Shown: positions 46,736 through 57,477 of the stretch, in pieces
Layout of the letters: each line of letters starts with the position of its first letter
Position numbering within the stretch: the first letter of the stretch is position 1
Origin: Alphaproteobacteria bacterium
GTDB taxonomy: Bacteria > Pseudomonadota > Alphaproteobacteria > MPNO01 > UBA830
Assembly: GCA_964291215.2 (NCBI GenBank)
Contig: OZ219791.1
Coordinates: forward strand, 1,920,001 to 1,984,000
Direction: 5' to 3'
Length of the DNA stretch: 64,000 nt
Translations under genes and position numbers: made by a program
The notes under the pieces: model-generated
Seen by the model: only the letters and a program-made list of their open reading frames with translations
Told to the model about the DNA's origin: nothing
Database searches by the model: none

Positions 46736-47698
46736 GTGGCGGTCTACACAGAGGTCGGGCGGGAAGACCTCGCTGCCTTCCTCGCCGGTTTTGAAGTCGG
46801 CCATGTTCGGTCCTTCACGGCGATCGCCGACGGTACGGAGAACAGCAACTACCGCCTCGCCACTACGCGGGGAAAATTCGTCCTGACCCTGTTCGAAAGC
46901 CGCACGCCGTCCCGCGACCTGCCGTTCGTCGTCGCCCTGATGGATCACCTGTCCCGCCGAAATGTCGTCTGCCCGGTGCCGGTCCCGGATCGTGGCGGGC
47001 GGCGCCTGCACATGCTGTGCGACCGGCCCGCCGTCCTGGTCACGTTCCTTGAGGGGCGCATGCCGCGCCGCATCACCCCCGCCCATTGCGGGGCGGTGGG
47101 CACGGCCCTGGCCGGGCTGCATCTCGCGTCGCGCGATTTCACGGAAAACCGGACCAACCGCCTGTCCGTTCGCGCCTGGCGGCGGATGTTCGAACCGCTG
47201 GCAGACCGGTCCGATACCCTGCGGCCCGGCCTGTCCGGCCTGATCGGCGACGAGATCGACGCCCTCGAGCGGGACTGGCCCGGGGACCTGCCCTCCGGGC
47301 TTATCCACGGCGACCTGTTTCCGGACAACGTGTTCTTTGCCGGCAACCGGCTCTCGGGATTGATCGATTTCTATTTCGCGTGCCGCGACCTGCTCGCTTA
47401 CGATCTCGCGGTCGCCCTGATTTCCTGGTGTTTCGACGCCCGCCAGACGTTCGATTCGGCGCGCGCCGACGCGCTGATCGCCGGCTACCGGAACGCGCGC
47501 GGGCTGGAACCGGAAGAGGTCCGGTCCCTGCCGCTGTTTGCGCGCGGCGCCGCGATGCGTTTTTTCCTGACCCGCCTCGAGGACTGGTTCGAGCGTCCTG
47601 AGGGCGTTCTCTCCCGGCGCAAGGATCCGCTCGAGATGGCCGCGATCATCGAGTTCCATCGCGGCCCGGCGGGCCGCGGCGCCTATGGCGCACGGTGA
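46736..47698 (+). CDS. thrB: Homoserine kinase type II
   Basis: [27 protein letters not shown]; between ispH and rnhA. Confidence 0.95.
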   Translation: MAVYTEVGREDLAAFLAGFEVGHVRSFTAIADGTENSNYRLATTRGKFVLTLFESRTPSRDLPFVVALMDHLSRRNVVCPVPVPDRGGRRLHMLCDRPAVLVTFLEGRMPRRITPAHCGAVGTALAGLHLASRDFTENRTNRLSVRAWRRMFEPLADRSDTLRPGLSGLIGDEIDALERDWPGDLPSGLIHGDLFPDNVFFAGNRLSGLIDFYFACRDLLAYDLAVALISWCFDARQTFDSARADALIAGYRNARGLEPEEVRSLPLFARGAAMRFFLTRLEDWFERPEGVLSRRKDPLEMAAIIEFHRGPAGRGAYGAR

Positions 47699-48203
47699 CC
47701 TGATGACCTCCGCTGAAGACCGCACCGTCCGCATCTACACCGACGGATCCTGCCGAGGCAATCCGGGACCGGGCGGCTGGGGCGTCCTCATGATCTGGCG
47801 AGGCCGGGAGCACGAACTGAAGGGCAGCGAGGCCTGGACCACCAACAACCGCATGGAACTGATGGCCGCCATTCAGGGGCTTGAAGCGCTCAAGCGAGAA
47901 GCGGCGGTGGAACTCTTCACCGACAGCCGGTACGTCCAGCAGGGCATCACCAGTTGGATTCACGGCTGGAAAGTCAATGGCTGGCGAACCGCCGGCAAGA
48001 CGCCGGTCAAGAATGCGGATCTGTGGCAGCGCCTCGACCGGGCAATGGCGCCGCATCGGGTGACGTGGCAATGGATACGGGGTCATGCCGGGCATCCGCA
48101 AAACGAACGCGCCGATGCTCTGGCCCGCGATGGGATGGAGGCGGAAGCGGCCCGGCCCGCCTCCGGCTGCCGTCGCGGCAAGTCCGGCGCCGGCCCGGAC
48201 TAG
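47685..48203 (+). CDS. rnhA: Ribonuclease HI
   Basis: [41 protein letters not shown]. Confidence 0.97.
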   Translation: MAHGDLMTSAEDRTVRIYTDGSCRGNPGPGGWGVLMIWRGREHELKGSEAWTTNNRMELMAAIQGLEALKREAAVELFTDSRYVQQGITSWIHGWKVNGWRTAGKTPVKNADLWQRLDRAMAPHRVTWQWIRGHAGHPQNERADALARDGMEAEAARPASGCRRGKSGAGPD

Positions 48204-48682
48204 AGCTGGTCGAGAATGGTGTCGGCGCCGCTGACCTCGAAGCCGCCGCCGTCTTCAATATTGGCCTGGGTCACGACGCCGTCGTCGACCACTAGCGAAT
48301 AGCGCAGCGAGCGCACGCCGAGGCCGCGTCCGGTCAGGTCAAGCACTGCATCGAGCGCCTTGGTCAGTTCGGCGCTGCCGTCGGCTAGCATCGCGACCTT
48401 GCCGCCTGCGTTCTGCGACTTGCCCCAAGCGTCCATCACGAACACGTCATTCACCGAGAGGCAGGCCACCGTGTCCACGCCCTTGCCCCTGATCTCGTCC
48501 GCCTTCTCGACGAAACCCGGAAGATGCTTGGCCGAACATGTCGGCGTGAAGGCGCCGGGAACGGCGAACATCACCACTTTCTTGCCGCCGAACAGATCGT
48601 CGGTAGAGACGGGTTCCGGCCCGTCCTTGCCCATCCGGGTAACGTTGACGGAAGGAATCCTGTCGCCAACACTGATTGTCAT
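48200..48682 (-). CDS. Peroxiredoxin (Prx5 type)
   Basis: [23 protein letters not shown]. Confidence 0.95.
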   Translation of the reverse strand: MTISVGDRIPSVNVTRMGKDGPEPVSTDDLFGGKKVVMFAVPGAFTPTCSAKHLPGFVEKADEIRGKGVDTVACLSVNDVFVMDAWGKSQNAGGKVAMLADGSAELTKALDAVLDLTGRGLGVRSLRYSLVVDDGVVTQANIEDGGGFEVSGADTILDQL

Positions 48683-48955
48683 CTCTCTTGCTCCTGTCAC
48701 TGGGTTGCGGGCTTTCGCCCACCATAGCGTCGAAGTGATAGAGCAACGCTGCAACCTTGTCACCCTGCCGGCGCACGGCTGCCGGCCACCGGAGTCCCGC
48801 TGCCGCCGCCGGGCCGGGTTCCGGGATGTTGTTGCGCCCCGCCTGCGGTCCCGTGCCGGAGACATGGCGGCGCAGGGCGCGACACCTTGGCCGTGCGCCC
48901 AGCCGGATCGTCGACAGGCGGGCTGCAGCTTCTGCTGCTGGAGCGGAGAGGGCGT

Positions 48956-50370
48956 GTGACGGCCATCGCGAATAAGCCGGGACGTTTCCGGAACCTGCCG
49001 GGTCCGAAGGGATTGCCTGTCCTCGGCAATATCCTCCAGATGCCTCTGGACAGGTTCCATCTCGTGCTCAAGCAGTGAACAGTACGGCTCGATCTTCCGG
49101 GCACGAATCGGGCCTCATCCGCTGGCCGTGATCTCGGATCGGGAAGCCGTCCAGAAGGTGCTCGTACAGTGCTCCAACGGGTTCCGGCGCATCCGGGCGC
49201 TGGAGGCTGCAGCCGCCGAGCTGTGTCTGAACGGAGTCTTCGCGGTCGAGGGCGATGACTGGCGGCGCCAGCGCCGGGTGGTCGTCGCAGCCCTGAAGCT
49301 CGCCCGTCTCAGGCCCTTCTTTCCGAAGCTCGCGGTGACGGTCGTACGTTTGCAGCGGCGCTGGGAGCGCGCGGCCGATTTCGGCGAGCCGGTGGACCCG
49401 TGCCGCGACCTGATGCGCCTGACCGTCGACGTCACCATGCAGTTCGCCTTCGGCGTGGACCCCAACACCCTCGAAATGTCCGGCCCGGTGATCCAGCGGC
49501 ATCTGGACAAAGTACTCCCGGTGCTGCACCGACGCGTGAACGCGGCGCTTTCCTACTGGCGCTACTTTCGGCTGCCGTCGGACCGTGCGCTCGACCGCGT
49601 GCTGGCCAGTCTCGGGGATGAGGCCGGTGAAGTGATTCGCGCCACGAAAGAGCGTCTCGCTGCCGACCCCGGGCTGCGCGCCTCACCTACCAATTTTCTC
49701 GAGGCGATCCTGGTTGCACTCAAGGCCGAGGATTCCGGCTTATCCGATGCCGAGATCTTCGCCCACGGCGGCACGCTCCTGCTGGCGGGCGAGGACACGA
49801 CGGCAAACACCATGGCCTGAATGATCCACTACTTCATGAACTACCCGGAGCATTTCGAACGCATCCGCCGGGAGGTCGACGAAGTGATCGCGCCGGCTTC
49901 GGCCGTCGAGACGATCGATCAGCTGGAGCGCCTTCCCTTTCTCGACGCCTTCCGGGACGAAGCCATGCGCCTCAAGCCGGTCCCCCCGGCGGCCTTGCTC
50001 GAGCCGCTCGAGGGTGTCGTGATCCTCGACCACATGATCCCGAAGGGCACGCAGATGATCATGCTGCTTCGCCATGTGGCGGCGAGCGACAGGCATTTCG
50101 GCAACGCCCGCCGTTTCGATCTGGAGCGCTGGCTCCGGAACTGCCGGCTGCCCGCACGACACCCCGGGCCTTCGATCCGTTCGGGGGCCGGCCGCGGCTC
50201 GGCCCGGGGCGCAATCTCGCTCTGCCTCAGATCCGCGCCGTGATCGCCATGCTGTGCCGCAACTTCGATCTCGAACCCGCCCGTTCGCCCGGGCGGTCAC
50301 CGAACGTCTGGCCTTCACGGTGTTGTCGGAGAACCTGTCCGTGCGCCTGCGGCGCAGGCCGCATATCTGA
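48956..50370 (+). pseudogene. Cytochrome P450 pseudogene
   Basis: PGPKGLPVLGN, LLAGEDTTANT, EAMRL. In-frame TGA at 49076-49078 and 49818-49820, frameshift near 50160; the heme motif reads PFGGRPRLGPG (Cys lost). Confidence 0.9.
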
Positions 50371-50387
50371 TCCGCGCGCGGGCCCGA

Positions 50388-52535
50388 TCAGCGACGTGCG
50401 GCCAGCGCCTTCCCCGCCGCTGCCTCGACAGCGTCAAGGACATTGGTTTCGGTCAGTAGTTCCGGCAATGCTATTCCCCGGGGCGCGGCCGTGCCGTAGA
50501 CCGCATTGAAGGGGATGCCGAAGCGGCCGAAACCCCGGAGGTAGTCGGCGATGCGCGCGTCGGGCATGGTCCAGTCCGCCCGCATCGCGACGATCGCGCC
50601 GGACTGGATGAGCGTGGTGACCTTGCCGCGGTCGAGCACCAGCGACTTGTTGAACTGGCAGGTGAGGCACCAGTCGGCGGTGACGTCGACCAGTACCGTC
50701 CGTCCCGCCGCGACTTCCGCGGCGATTCGGCTCTCGTCGAAGGCGACCCACGGGCCGGCATCCCTGACGGTTTCTGGTCCGCCATCGCGGTGGCCGAAGC
50801 TGCCCGCGCTGACCATGGAAATCGCCGTCAGGGCCGCGACAAGCCCCCAGGTCGCAAGCCGCGCCGCGCCCGACAGCCGGGCGGCCTGCCACACGGCATA
50901 GGCGATGATGGCCATCAGCAGCAGGATCATGCCGCCGGCATGGGCTCCGATCTGCGGCCACAGGATGCTCAGGAGCCAGGCTCCTGTTCCGACGAGGGCC
51001 AGCGACAGGATGCGCTTGACGGTGATCATCCAGTGCCCGGGCTTCGGCAACTTGTTGATCAGCGCCGGAAAGGCGGCAACGACAAGCCAGGGAAGGGCGA
51101 GGCCGGCGCCGAGCGCAAGGAAGACGGCGTAGATCTCGAGCGGTCCGCGCATCAGCGCGAAGCCGACCGCGGTGCCCAGGAACGGCGCGGTGCAGGGCGT
51201 CGCGAGAAGGGTTGCGAAGGCGCCGCCGAGGAAGTGTTCGGCGATGGCTCCGCGCGCGGTCCCGCTTGATCCCGCGGCGGCATCGGCGAGGCGTCCCGGC
51301 AGGCGGATCTCGAAGAAACCCCACATGTTGCAGACGAAGAGCGTGATCACGGCGAGCATGAAGGCGAGGAATGCCGGTTGCTGGAACTGGATGCCCCATC
51401 CGGCTGCGAGGTTGGCGGTGCTCAGCGCCGCAACGACAGTGGCGAGCAGCAGGAAGCAGGCGACGATGCCCGCGGCCGAGGCAAGAAAGCCGGCGCGTAT
51501 GCGGCCCGGCACCTCGCCTCCGTGGCTGACGATCACGAGGAGCTTGAGCGACAGCACCGGCAGCACGCAGGGCATCAGATTGAGGATCAGGCCGCCGATG
51601 AGGGCAAGTCCGAGGATCGCCAGCAGGCCGAGCCCGGTGGCCGCCGCCGGCTGCAGGCCGGCTCTGCCAGGCGCCGCCGCGGCGCGCGCGGCGACGGCGC
51701 GATGTTCGAGCGCACGGTCGCCGTCGACAAGGGTGAGGGTGACGGCCTTTCCGTCAAGCGTGGACGGAGGCTTGCTGGGGGGGTGCACGGCGACCCGCAT
51801 CAACGCGCCCCGTCCGTCGGTCTCGATCTGCACGGCCGGCCGGCCGAAGCCAAACCCGTCCGGGCCCTCGACGAAGAGGTCCGGGTTCGCGAACGCCGCC
51901 TCCCCGGCGGCATGGACGGTCAGCGCTTGGTCCTTGCCGCTGCCGGCGATTTCCACCCGCCCTATCGAGAGTGGAGCCTCGCCGCCGGTCGCCGGTACCC
52001 GGGCGCGCCAGCGGCCGATAGCGGCCGCCTCCGGCGCCGTCGCGCCCGGGCCGGGCGGCAGTGTCAGGGACAGGCTGGTTTCGTAGGGAACGCAGATGTC
52101 GGAGCAGGTCAGGAACCGGAGGCGGGCCCTGATCGCCAGTTCCCTTCCCGGTTCGAGAAGCGATGCGGAAACCGGAAACAGGACTTCGTCGCGATAGCCG
52201 ATGGTCTCCAGCCCCAGCACGGAGAATCGCTCCGGCGCCGGCCAAGAGAGGCTTGCCGACGCCAGGTTCGCGGAGCCCGACCAGTCGAGCAGGGGCGGAA
52301 AGCCGGCGTCGCCGGGCGAGCGCCAGTAGACCTTCCATCCCGCCAGCATTCGGAACTGGAGTCCGAGATCGACCGCGCGCCCGGTGCCCGAGTCGGCGGT
52401 GGCGGAGACCAGCCGGACCGCGCCATGTTCATAGGTGAACCATCCGGACGATGCTGCCGATGCGGTTCCGGCAAGCGCCGACAGCAGCAGGACGGCTGTG
52501 CCGGCAGCGCGGGAAAGTCTATTGACGAATGTCAT
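50388..52535 (-). CDS. dsbD: DsbD family protein-disulfide reductase
   Basis: GWKVYWRSPGDAG, CSDIC, LNLMPCVLPV, ATPCTAP, TADWCLTC. Confidence 0.92.
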   Translation of the reverse strand: MTFVNRLSRAAGTAVLLLSALAGTASAASSGWFTYEHGAVRLVSATADSGTGRAVDLGLQFRMLAGWKVYWRSPGDAGFPPLLDWSGSANLASASLSWPAPERFSVLGLETIGYRDEVLFPVSASLLEPGRELAIRARLRFLTCSDICVPYETSLSLTLPPGPGATAPEAAAIGRWRARVPATGGEAPLSIGRVEIAGSGKDQALTVHAAGEAAFANPDLFVEGPDGFGFGRPAVQIETDGRGALMRVAVHPPSKPPSTLDGKAVTLTLVDGDRALEHRAVAARAAAAPGRAGLQPAAATGLGLLAILGLALIGGLILNLMPCVLPVLSLKLLVIVSHGGEVPGRIRAGFLASAAGIVACFLLLATVVAALSTANLAAGWGIQFQQPAFLAFMLAVITLFVCNMWGFFEIRLPGRLADAAAGSSGTARGAIAEHFLGGAFATLLATPCTAPFLGTAVGFALMRGPLEIYAVFLALGAGLALPWLVVAAFPALINKLPKPGHWMITVKRILSLALVGTGAWLLSILWPQIGAHAGGMILLLMAIIAYAVWQAARLSGAARLATWGLVAALTAISMVSAGSFGHRDGGPETVRDAGPWVAFDESRIAAEVAAGRTVLVDVTADWCLTCQFNKSLVLDRGKVTTLIQSGAIVAMRADWTMPDARIADYLRGFGRFGIPFNAVYGTAAPRGIALPELLTETNVLDAVEAAAGKALAARR

Positions 52536-52716
52536 CGATTCACTGATCCTTGCGTCCGCTAATATACAACGGCGGTGCGCCGCGGGTAGGGGGAACAGGC
52601 GGTTACCTGCGGCGCTCTCGTCGCCGCCTCGGGAGCCCGCAGCGCCCGAAGACGTTTGATTTCGCGTGAATTGACTGTCATCGTTCAAGGCCACGCTTCT
52701 GGATAGGGGAGGCACA

Positions 52717-53301
52717 ATGACTGATCATCAAACTCCACGGACTTCCGACGGATATTTGACCGGTCAGCTGCTTGTGGCGATGCCGCAGATGCAGGATCCA
52801 CGGTTCGCGAGAACGGTCATCTACATGTGCGCCCACAACGAGGACGGTGCCATGGGGCTTGTCGTCAACAAGCTGATGGAGAGCGTCGAATTCCCCGAGC
52901 TCCTCGAACAGCTCGACCTCGAGCCGGCGGTCTCGGGCCGCGATATCAGGGTCCATTTCGGCGGACCGGTCGAGAGCGGACGGGGTTTCGTGCTTCACTC
53001 GGCGGATTACGTTCAGGACGCGACGATGGTTGTCGACGACAACATCGCGCTCACCGCAACCACCGACATTCTCAAGGACATTGCCTCGGGCAATGGGCCG
53101 CGCGCCTGCGTGCTCGTGCTCGGCTATGCCGGCTGGGGGCCGGGTCAGCTCGACGGTGAGATCCAGAAAAACGGCTGGCTGTCGGTGGCGGCCGACGACC
53201 GCCTGGTCTTCGGCGACGATCCTGATACGGTCTGGGGCGCGGCCTTGGCGAAGATCGGCATTGATGCCTCCCAGCTTTCGGGTGATGCCGGGCACGCCTG
53301 A
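52717..53301 (+). CDS. yqgE: YqgE/AlgH family protein
   Basis: LLVAMP..DPRF, FGGPVE..RGFVLHS, LGYAGWGPGQL. Confidence 0.95.
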   Translation: MTDHQTPRTSDGYLTGQLLVAMPQMQDPRFARTVIYMCAHNEDGAMGLVVNKLMESVEFPELLEQLDLEPAVSGRDIRVHFGGPVESGRGFVLHSADYVQDATMVVDDNIALTATTDILKDIASGNGPRACVLVLGYAGWGPGQLDGEIQKNGWLSVAADDRLVFGDDPDTVWGAALAKIGIDASQLSGDAGHA

Positions 53302-53382
53302 GCCGGTTCAGGCCGGATCCCACGGACTCGGTGCGCGGCAAGTGCGCCGGGCCGTTTGCCGCGCTTTCCGGAACAAGCGGAA

Positions 53383-55311
53383 ATGCCGGTGAAGAACCGT
53401 ATCGTCGCATCGAGCCGGTTCATGGCTGACGTCCTGGCGCTCGGCTTGGCGGCGTTGGCGATCTACATCGCCGGTTTCGGCGTGTTCGACGAGGTTTGGG
53501 TGCGCGCCGGCACGACCGGGCTACCGCTCCTGATCTCGCTGTTCTGCTTCTCCACCGAGAACATGGATGTCCGGCGCGATCGGGTGTCCTGGGGTTCGAT
53601 GGCGCTCAACGCCGGCATGGTGGCGGCGCTGGCGGTGATCTACTACTACTGGATCACCCTGATGAACGAGCAGCTCGACTTCTTCGTCGATTTCACCGTC
53701 ACGCACTACCTCATCGGGTTCGTCGGTATCGCGGTCGTCTTCTACCTGACGCTCTGTCATTTCGGCCTGCCGCTGTTCCTCGTCTGCCTTCTGTCGCTCC
53801 TGATCCTGTTCTTCGGCAACCTCATTCCGGGCACCCTCAACATCCCCGAGGTCAAGTGGTTCCTGGTTTCCGAGAAGCTCTGGTACAGCACCGACGGCGT
53901 CTTCGGACGCCCCGTCGCGGTGGTCGGCCAGATTGTCCTCGTCTTCATTCTCTTCGGCGCTGTCCTCGAGGCGTCGGGCGCCGGCGCCACCCTCCTCAAG
54001 TTCGCCTTCGCCGTGACCGGGCCGCTGCGTGGCGGCCCCGCCCATGCAGCCATCATCGGCAGCGCCAGCTTCGGCACGATGAACGGCGCCGCGGTCGCCA
54101 ACGTGGTGACGACGGGTGTGTTCACCATTCCGCTCATCAAGCGGACCGGTTTTCCGGCGAAATTCGCCGGCGCCGTCGAGGCGACGGCGTCGACCGGCGG
54201 CCAGATCATGCCTCCGGTGATGGGCGCGGTTGCCTTCCTGATGGCCGACATCACCGGCATTCCGTATCTCACCATCATCATCGCCGCTGCCATCCCGGCG
54301 CTGATGTACTATGTCAGCCTGTTCACCGTCGTCTGGCTCGAGGCGCGCAAGCAGGGCCTCAAGCCGACGCCGCGCGCCGATCGGGTCAAGCTGACGATCG
54401 GGGACTGGGGGCGCTCGATCTCGTTCTTCGTGCCGCTTGGCGTCATCGTCTATGTCCTGATGACCGGGCGAACGGCCCAGAATGCCGGTTTCTACGGCCT
54501 GATCACGGCGTTCGTCTTGTCCCTGGTCCTCTACCCCGAATTCCGCTCGCTGAAGAAGATCGTGGGGGCGTTGATCCGCGGCGGACGCACCTGTGCGACG
54601 ATCATGGTCGTCGTCGCCGCTATCGGGTTCGTGGTCGGCATGGTCAACATGTCTGGTCTGGGTATCAAGTTCGCGGCTACCATTCTTGCGATTGCCGGCG
54701 ACAGCCTCTTCCTTTCGCTCGTCGTCATGGCCATCGGGTGCCTCCTGCTCGGCATGGGCGTGCCTGTCGGCGCCGCCTATCTGATCGTCGTCCTCATCAT
54801 CGGCCCCGCGCTCGGCAAGCTCGGGTTGTCGCTGCTCCTGACGCATCTGTTCGTGATCTACTACGCGGTGCTCTCGGCGATCACCCCGCCCGTGGCGATC
54901 GCCGCCTTCGCGGCTGCGCCCATCGCGGGCTCGCGGCCGATGGAGACCGGGCTTGTCGCCGTTCGCCTCGCTATCGCGGGTTTTCTAATCCCCTTCGTCT
55001 TCGTCTACCACTCGAGCATCGTCCTCGTGGAGCCGGGCTTTACCCATCTCGGCCTCGTCTGGGGGGTTGCCGCCTTCGTGATCTCGACCATCGCCCTGGC
55101 CACGTCGCTGGGCAGGCATTCCATCGGACGCATCGGGCCGGTACATTGCGCCGTGCGTTTTGTGGCCGGCATCGCGGTGCTTGTGCCCGAGCCGCTGTAT
55201 CTCGGTCTGGGAGCGGCGGCCGTCGCGGCGTCGTTCGCGGCTGAATACATGGCACGGGTTCCGGAACGGCGCCCTGAAAACCAACCTGGAAAGGGAGTTC
55301 CCCAATGCTGA
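53383..55311 (+). CDS. TRAP transporter fused 4TM/12TM permease (TAXI type)
   Basis: RGGPAHAA, ASTGGQIMPPVMGA, LGMGVP, ITPPVA. Confidence 0.93.
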   Translation: MPVKNRIVASSRFMADVLALGLAALAIYIAGFGVFDEVWVRAGTTGLPLLISLFCFSTENMDVRRDRVSWGSMALNAGMVAALAVIYYYWITLMNEQLDFFVDFTVTHYLIGFVGIAVVFYLTLCHFGLPLFLVCLLSLLILFFGNLIPGTLNIPEVKWFLVSEKLWYSTDGVFGRPVAVVGQIVLVFILFGAVLEASGAGATLLKFAFAVTGPLRGGPAHAAIIGSASFGTMNGAAVANVVTTGVFTIPLIKRTGFPAKFAGAVEATASTGGQIMPPVMGAVAFLMADITGIPYLTIIIAAAIPALMYYVSLFTVVWLEARKQGLKPTPRADRVKLTIGDWGRSISFFVPLGVIVYVLMTGRTAQNAGFYGLITAFVLSLVLYPEFRSLKKIVGALIRGGRTCATIMVVVAAIGFVVGMVNMSGLGIKFAATILAIAGDSLFLSLVVMAIGCLLLGMGVPVGAAYLIVVLIIGPALGKLGLSLLLTHLFVIYYAVLSAITPPVAIAAFAAAPIAGSRPMETGLVAVRLAIAGFLIPFVFVYHSSIVLVEPGFTHLGLVWGVAAFVISTIALATSLGRHSIGRIGPVHCAVRFVAGIAVLVPEPLYLGLGAAAVAASFAAEYMARVPERRPENQPGKGVPQC

Positions 55312-56309
55312 AACGTCCAAGTCTCATTCTTGCCGCAGCGCTGTTCGCGACCGCCGTCGCGGTCCCGGCTGAAGCGCAGAAGAAGCAGATCAAGATGTCG
55401 ACGATCGCTCCGGGCTCGTCGATGTATCTGGTCATGACGACCTTCGCCAACCTGGTCAATCAGGGCCAGGACAAGTTCGAGATCACCGTCGACGCCACCG
55501 GCACCGCGACCAAGCACATGGTCGATGTCGCCAGAGGATCGATCGACATGTCGATGACCGCGCCGGTGCCGATCGCGTGGATGAAGAACGGTACCCGCGT
55601 CTACAAGAAGCTCAAGGGCGTCAAGGAACTGGCCAAGAACCTGCGGATGGTCTTCTGGTTCCCGCTCGGCGGTTACCATTACACGACCTATGCCGATTCG
55701 GGGATCAAGACGCTCGCCGACTTGAAGGGAAAGAGGGTGTTCGTCGGCCCGCCGTCGGGCGGCCAGCTCGTCACCGGGCTCGCTTTCATCAAGTCGCAGA
55801 CCGGCCTCACGCCGAAGGAGTTCAAGAGCGTCAACCTGAATTTCGCATCGGCCCTGCAGGCGTTCCAGGATCGCCAGATCGATGTCTACACGATCGGCTG
55901 CCTCGACCCGTGCGCGCAGCTGCAGCAGGTGGCGGCAACCTCGAAGATCCGCTTCCTTGGCGTGCCGACCAAGGCGGATCTCGACAAGACGCCGGCGCAG
56001 AAGGCGTTCTTCAAGCCGCTCGGGCGGACCAAGGGCGTGATCAAGAAGGGCGTCTACGGCGCCAATCAGGTCAATGAAGGCGATGTCTGGATCAATAACG
56101 CGATTCTGGGCGTGACCGTGCGCAAGGGTATCGACGACGAGACCATGTACTCAATGGTCAAGGTGTTCTGGTCCAATCTTGACGGAATCCGCAAGAGCGC
56201 GCCCTACATGGACCGGGTGACGATCGAATATGCCACCCAGAAGGGGAACATGGAGTTCCACCCCGGCGCCGTGAAGTTCTACAAGGAAGCAGGAGTCTGG
56301 AAGCGCTGA
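55305..56309 (+). CDS. TAXI family TRAP solute-binding protein
   Basis: Signal peptide; IKTLADLKGKRVFVGPPSGG, FHPGAVKFYKE. Confidence 0.93.
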   Translation: MLKRPSLILAAALFATAVAVPAEAQKKQIKMSTIAPGSSMYLVMTTFANLVNQGQDKFEITVDATGTATKHMVDVARGSIDMSMTAPVPIAWMKNGTRVYKKLKGVKELAKNLRMVFWFPLGGYHYTTYADSGIKTLADLKGKRVFVGPPSGGQLVTGLAFIKSQTGLTPKEFKSVNLNFASALQAFQDRQIDVYTIGCLDPCAQLQQVAATSKIRFLGVPTKADLDKTPAQKAFFKPLGRTKGVIKKGVYGANQVNEGDVWINNAILGVTVRKGIDDETMYSMVKVFWSNLDGIRKSAPYMDRVTIEYATQKGNMEFHPGAVKFYKEAGVWKR

Positions 56310-56315
56310 CGCTTC

Positions 56316-56350
56316 CGGCGCCCCGGGGCCGGTCGGGTCCCGGGGCGCCG
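56316..56350. terminator. GC-rich hairpin between convergent genes
   Basis: CGGCGCCCCGGG...CCCGGGGCGCCG immediately after the stop; no U-tract. Confidence 0.55.
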
Positions 56351-56384
56351 CCTGGCGCTGGCAGGGCGCAGCGCCCTGTGTCGG

Positions 56385-57395
56385 CTATTCCCAGCGAATG
56401 GGCGCGAACTTGAAGACGGGGAACGGTCCGAGACTCAACTGGCGTTCCTGCAACGAGATCGGCAGTCGGGCCCCGCCGGCGCCGAGCGTGAGCGCTGCCT
56501 TGAGGGCAAGCGCCTGCAGGTCGCGTATTGCCCCCGCGCTCGTCAGCGATTCGATGACCTCGTCGATGCCGGCGACCTCGACGGTCATCGCGCCTTCCGG
56601 CTGCAGGCGGCGATCGAGGGCGAAGGTGCCGTTGCCCGTGACCCTCGACGACCCCCGGTCGAGGGCGACCGACCGAAATTCGATCACGCCGCCGGCCTCG
56701 CGCCAGGCTTCGAGCCAGCCCTGAAGGGTGCCTTCGACCGCGGGCAGATTGCGCACCGAGCCCTCCGCCGATACCCGATCGCTGGCGCCGCCGGGGGACA
56801 GGCGCAGGCTGTCCGGAAGTTCCGGCGCCTCGATGACGATCGCGAACCGGTAGCCGGCCCGGGCGGAACCCGGCCTTGCGCCGTCATCCGGCGTCAGGGC
56901 GGCCATGCGGCCCCGGATCGCCCGCGCCGAGGCGATCCGCCCTCTCGGACCCGTGAAGGCCGGCGCCGACAGCGTCCATTCGGCAGCGTCAACCCCGTCC
57001 CGTCCCCATGTGAGAACAGCCTCGGCGCTCGCCGGCTCGGCAACGAAACGCCTGTTGTGGAACGCCATTCGGTGAACGCCCGGGACGTTGACCATGATTC
57101 GGTCCAGATCCCAGATGCGTGCCGTTGCCGTCATGCCGGGCGCGTCCCATTGCCACCGCGACGCCGGCCCGGCAAGCCGGACCGCGCTGGCGCGGACCGT
57201 CAGGCTGAAGGGGAAGCCGCTGGTCGTCACTGCGCCGAGATTGACGGTCCAGCCGTCCGCCTTGCGCTCGGCGCTCCAGTCCCGGACGTCGTCGAGGATG
57301 TTCCCGGCAAGCGAATGCCAGAACACGGTGTAGGCCGCGGCGGCAAGCGCGATTACCGCAATGCCGGCAGCAAGTCTGAGGCTGATCCTTGTCAT
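56385..57395 (-). CDS. DUF2125 domain protein
   Basis: N-terminal TM with YTVFW, SGFPF, EAWREAGG, GTFALD..LQPEG. Confidence 0.85.
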   Translation of the reverse strand: MTRISLRLAAGIAVIALAAAAYTVFWHSLAGNILDDVRDWSAERKADGWTVNLGAVTTSGFPFSLTVRASAVRLAGPASRWQWDAPGMTATARIWDLDRIMVNVPGVHRMAFHNRRFVAEPASAEAVLTWGRDGVDAAEWTLSAPAFTGPRGRIASARAIRGRMAALTPDDGARPGSARAGYRFAIVIEAPELPDSLRLSPGGASDRVSAEGSVRNLPAVEGTLQGWLEAWREAGGVIEFRSVALDRGSSRVTGNGTFALDRRLQPEGAMTVEVAGIDEVIESLTSAGAIRDLQALALKAALTLGAGGARLPISLQERQLSLGPFPVFKFAPIRWE

Positions 57396-57477
57396 CGGCC
57401 CTCCGGGACGACGTCACCGGAAGAGGGCCGGCCGCAATGGCCCGTCCGGCGAAAACCGTCTATTCTTTGGTCTCGTC

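Noticed and set aside
53496-55244. Long alternative-frame and antisense ORFs (also 33609-35072, 26268-27824, 58248-59843)
   Set aside because: They are high-GC shadow ORFs overlapping well-supported genes and have no recognisable motifs.
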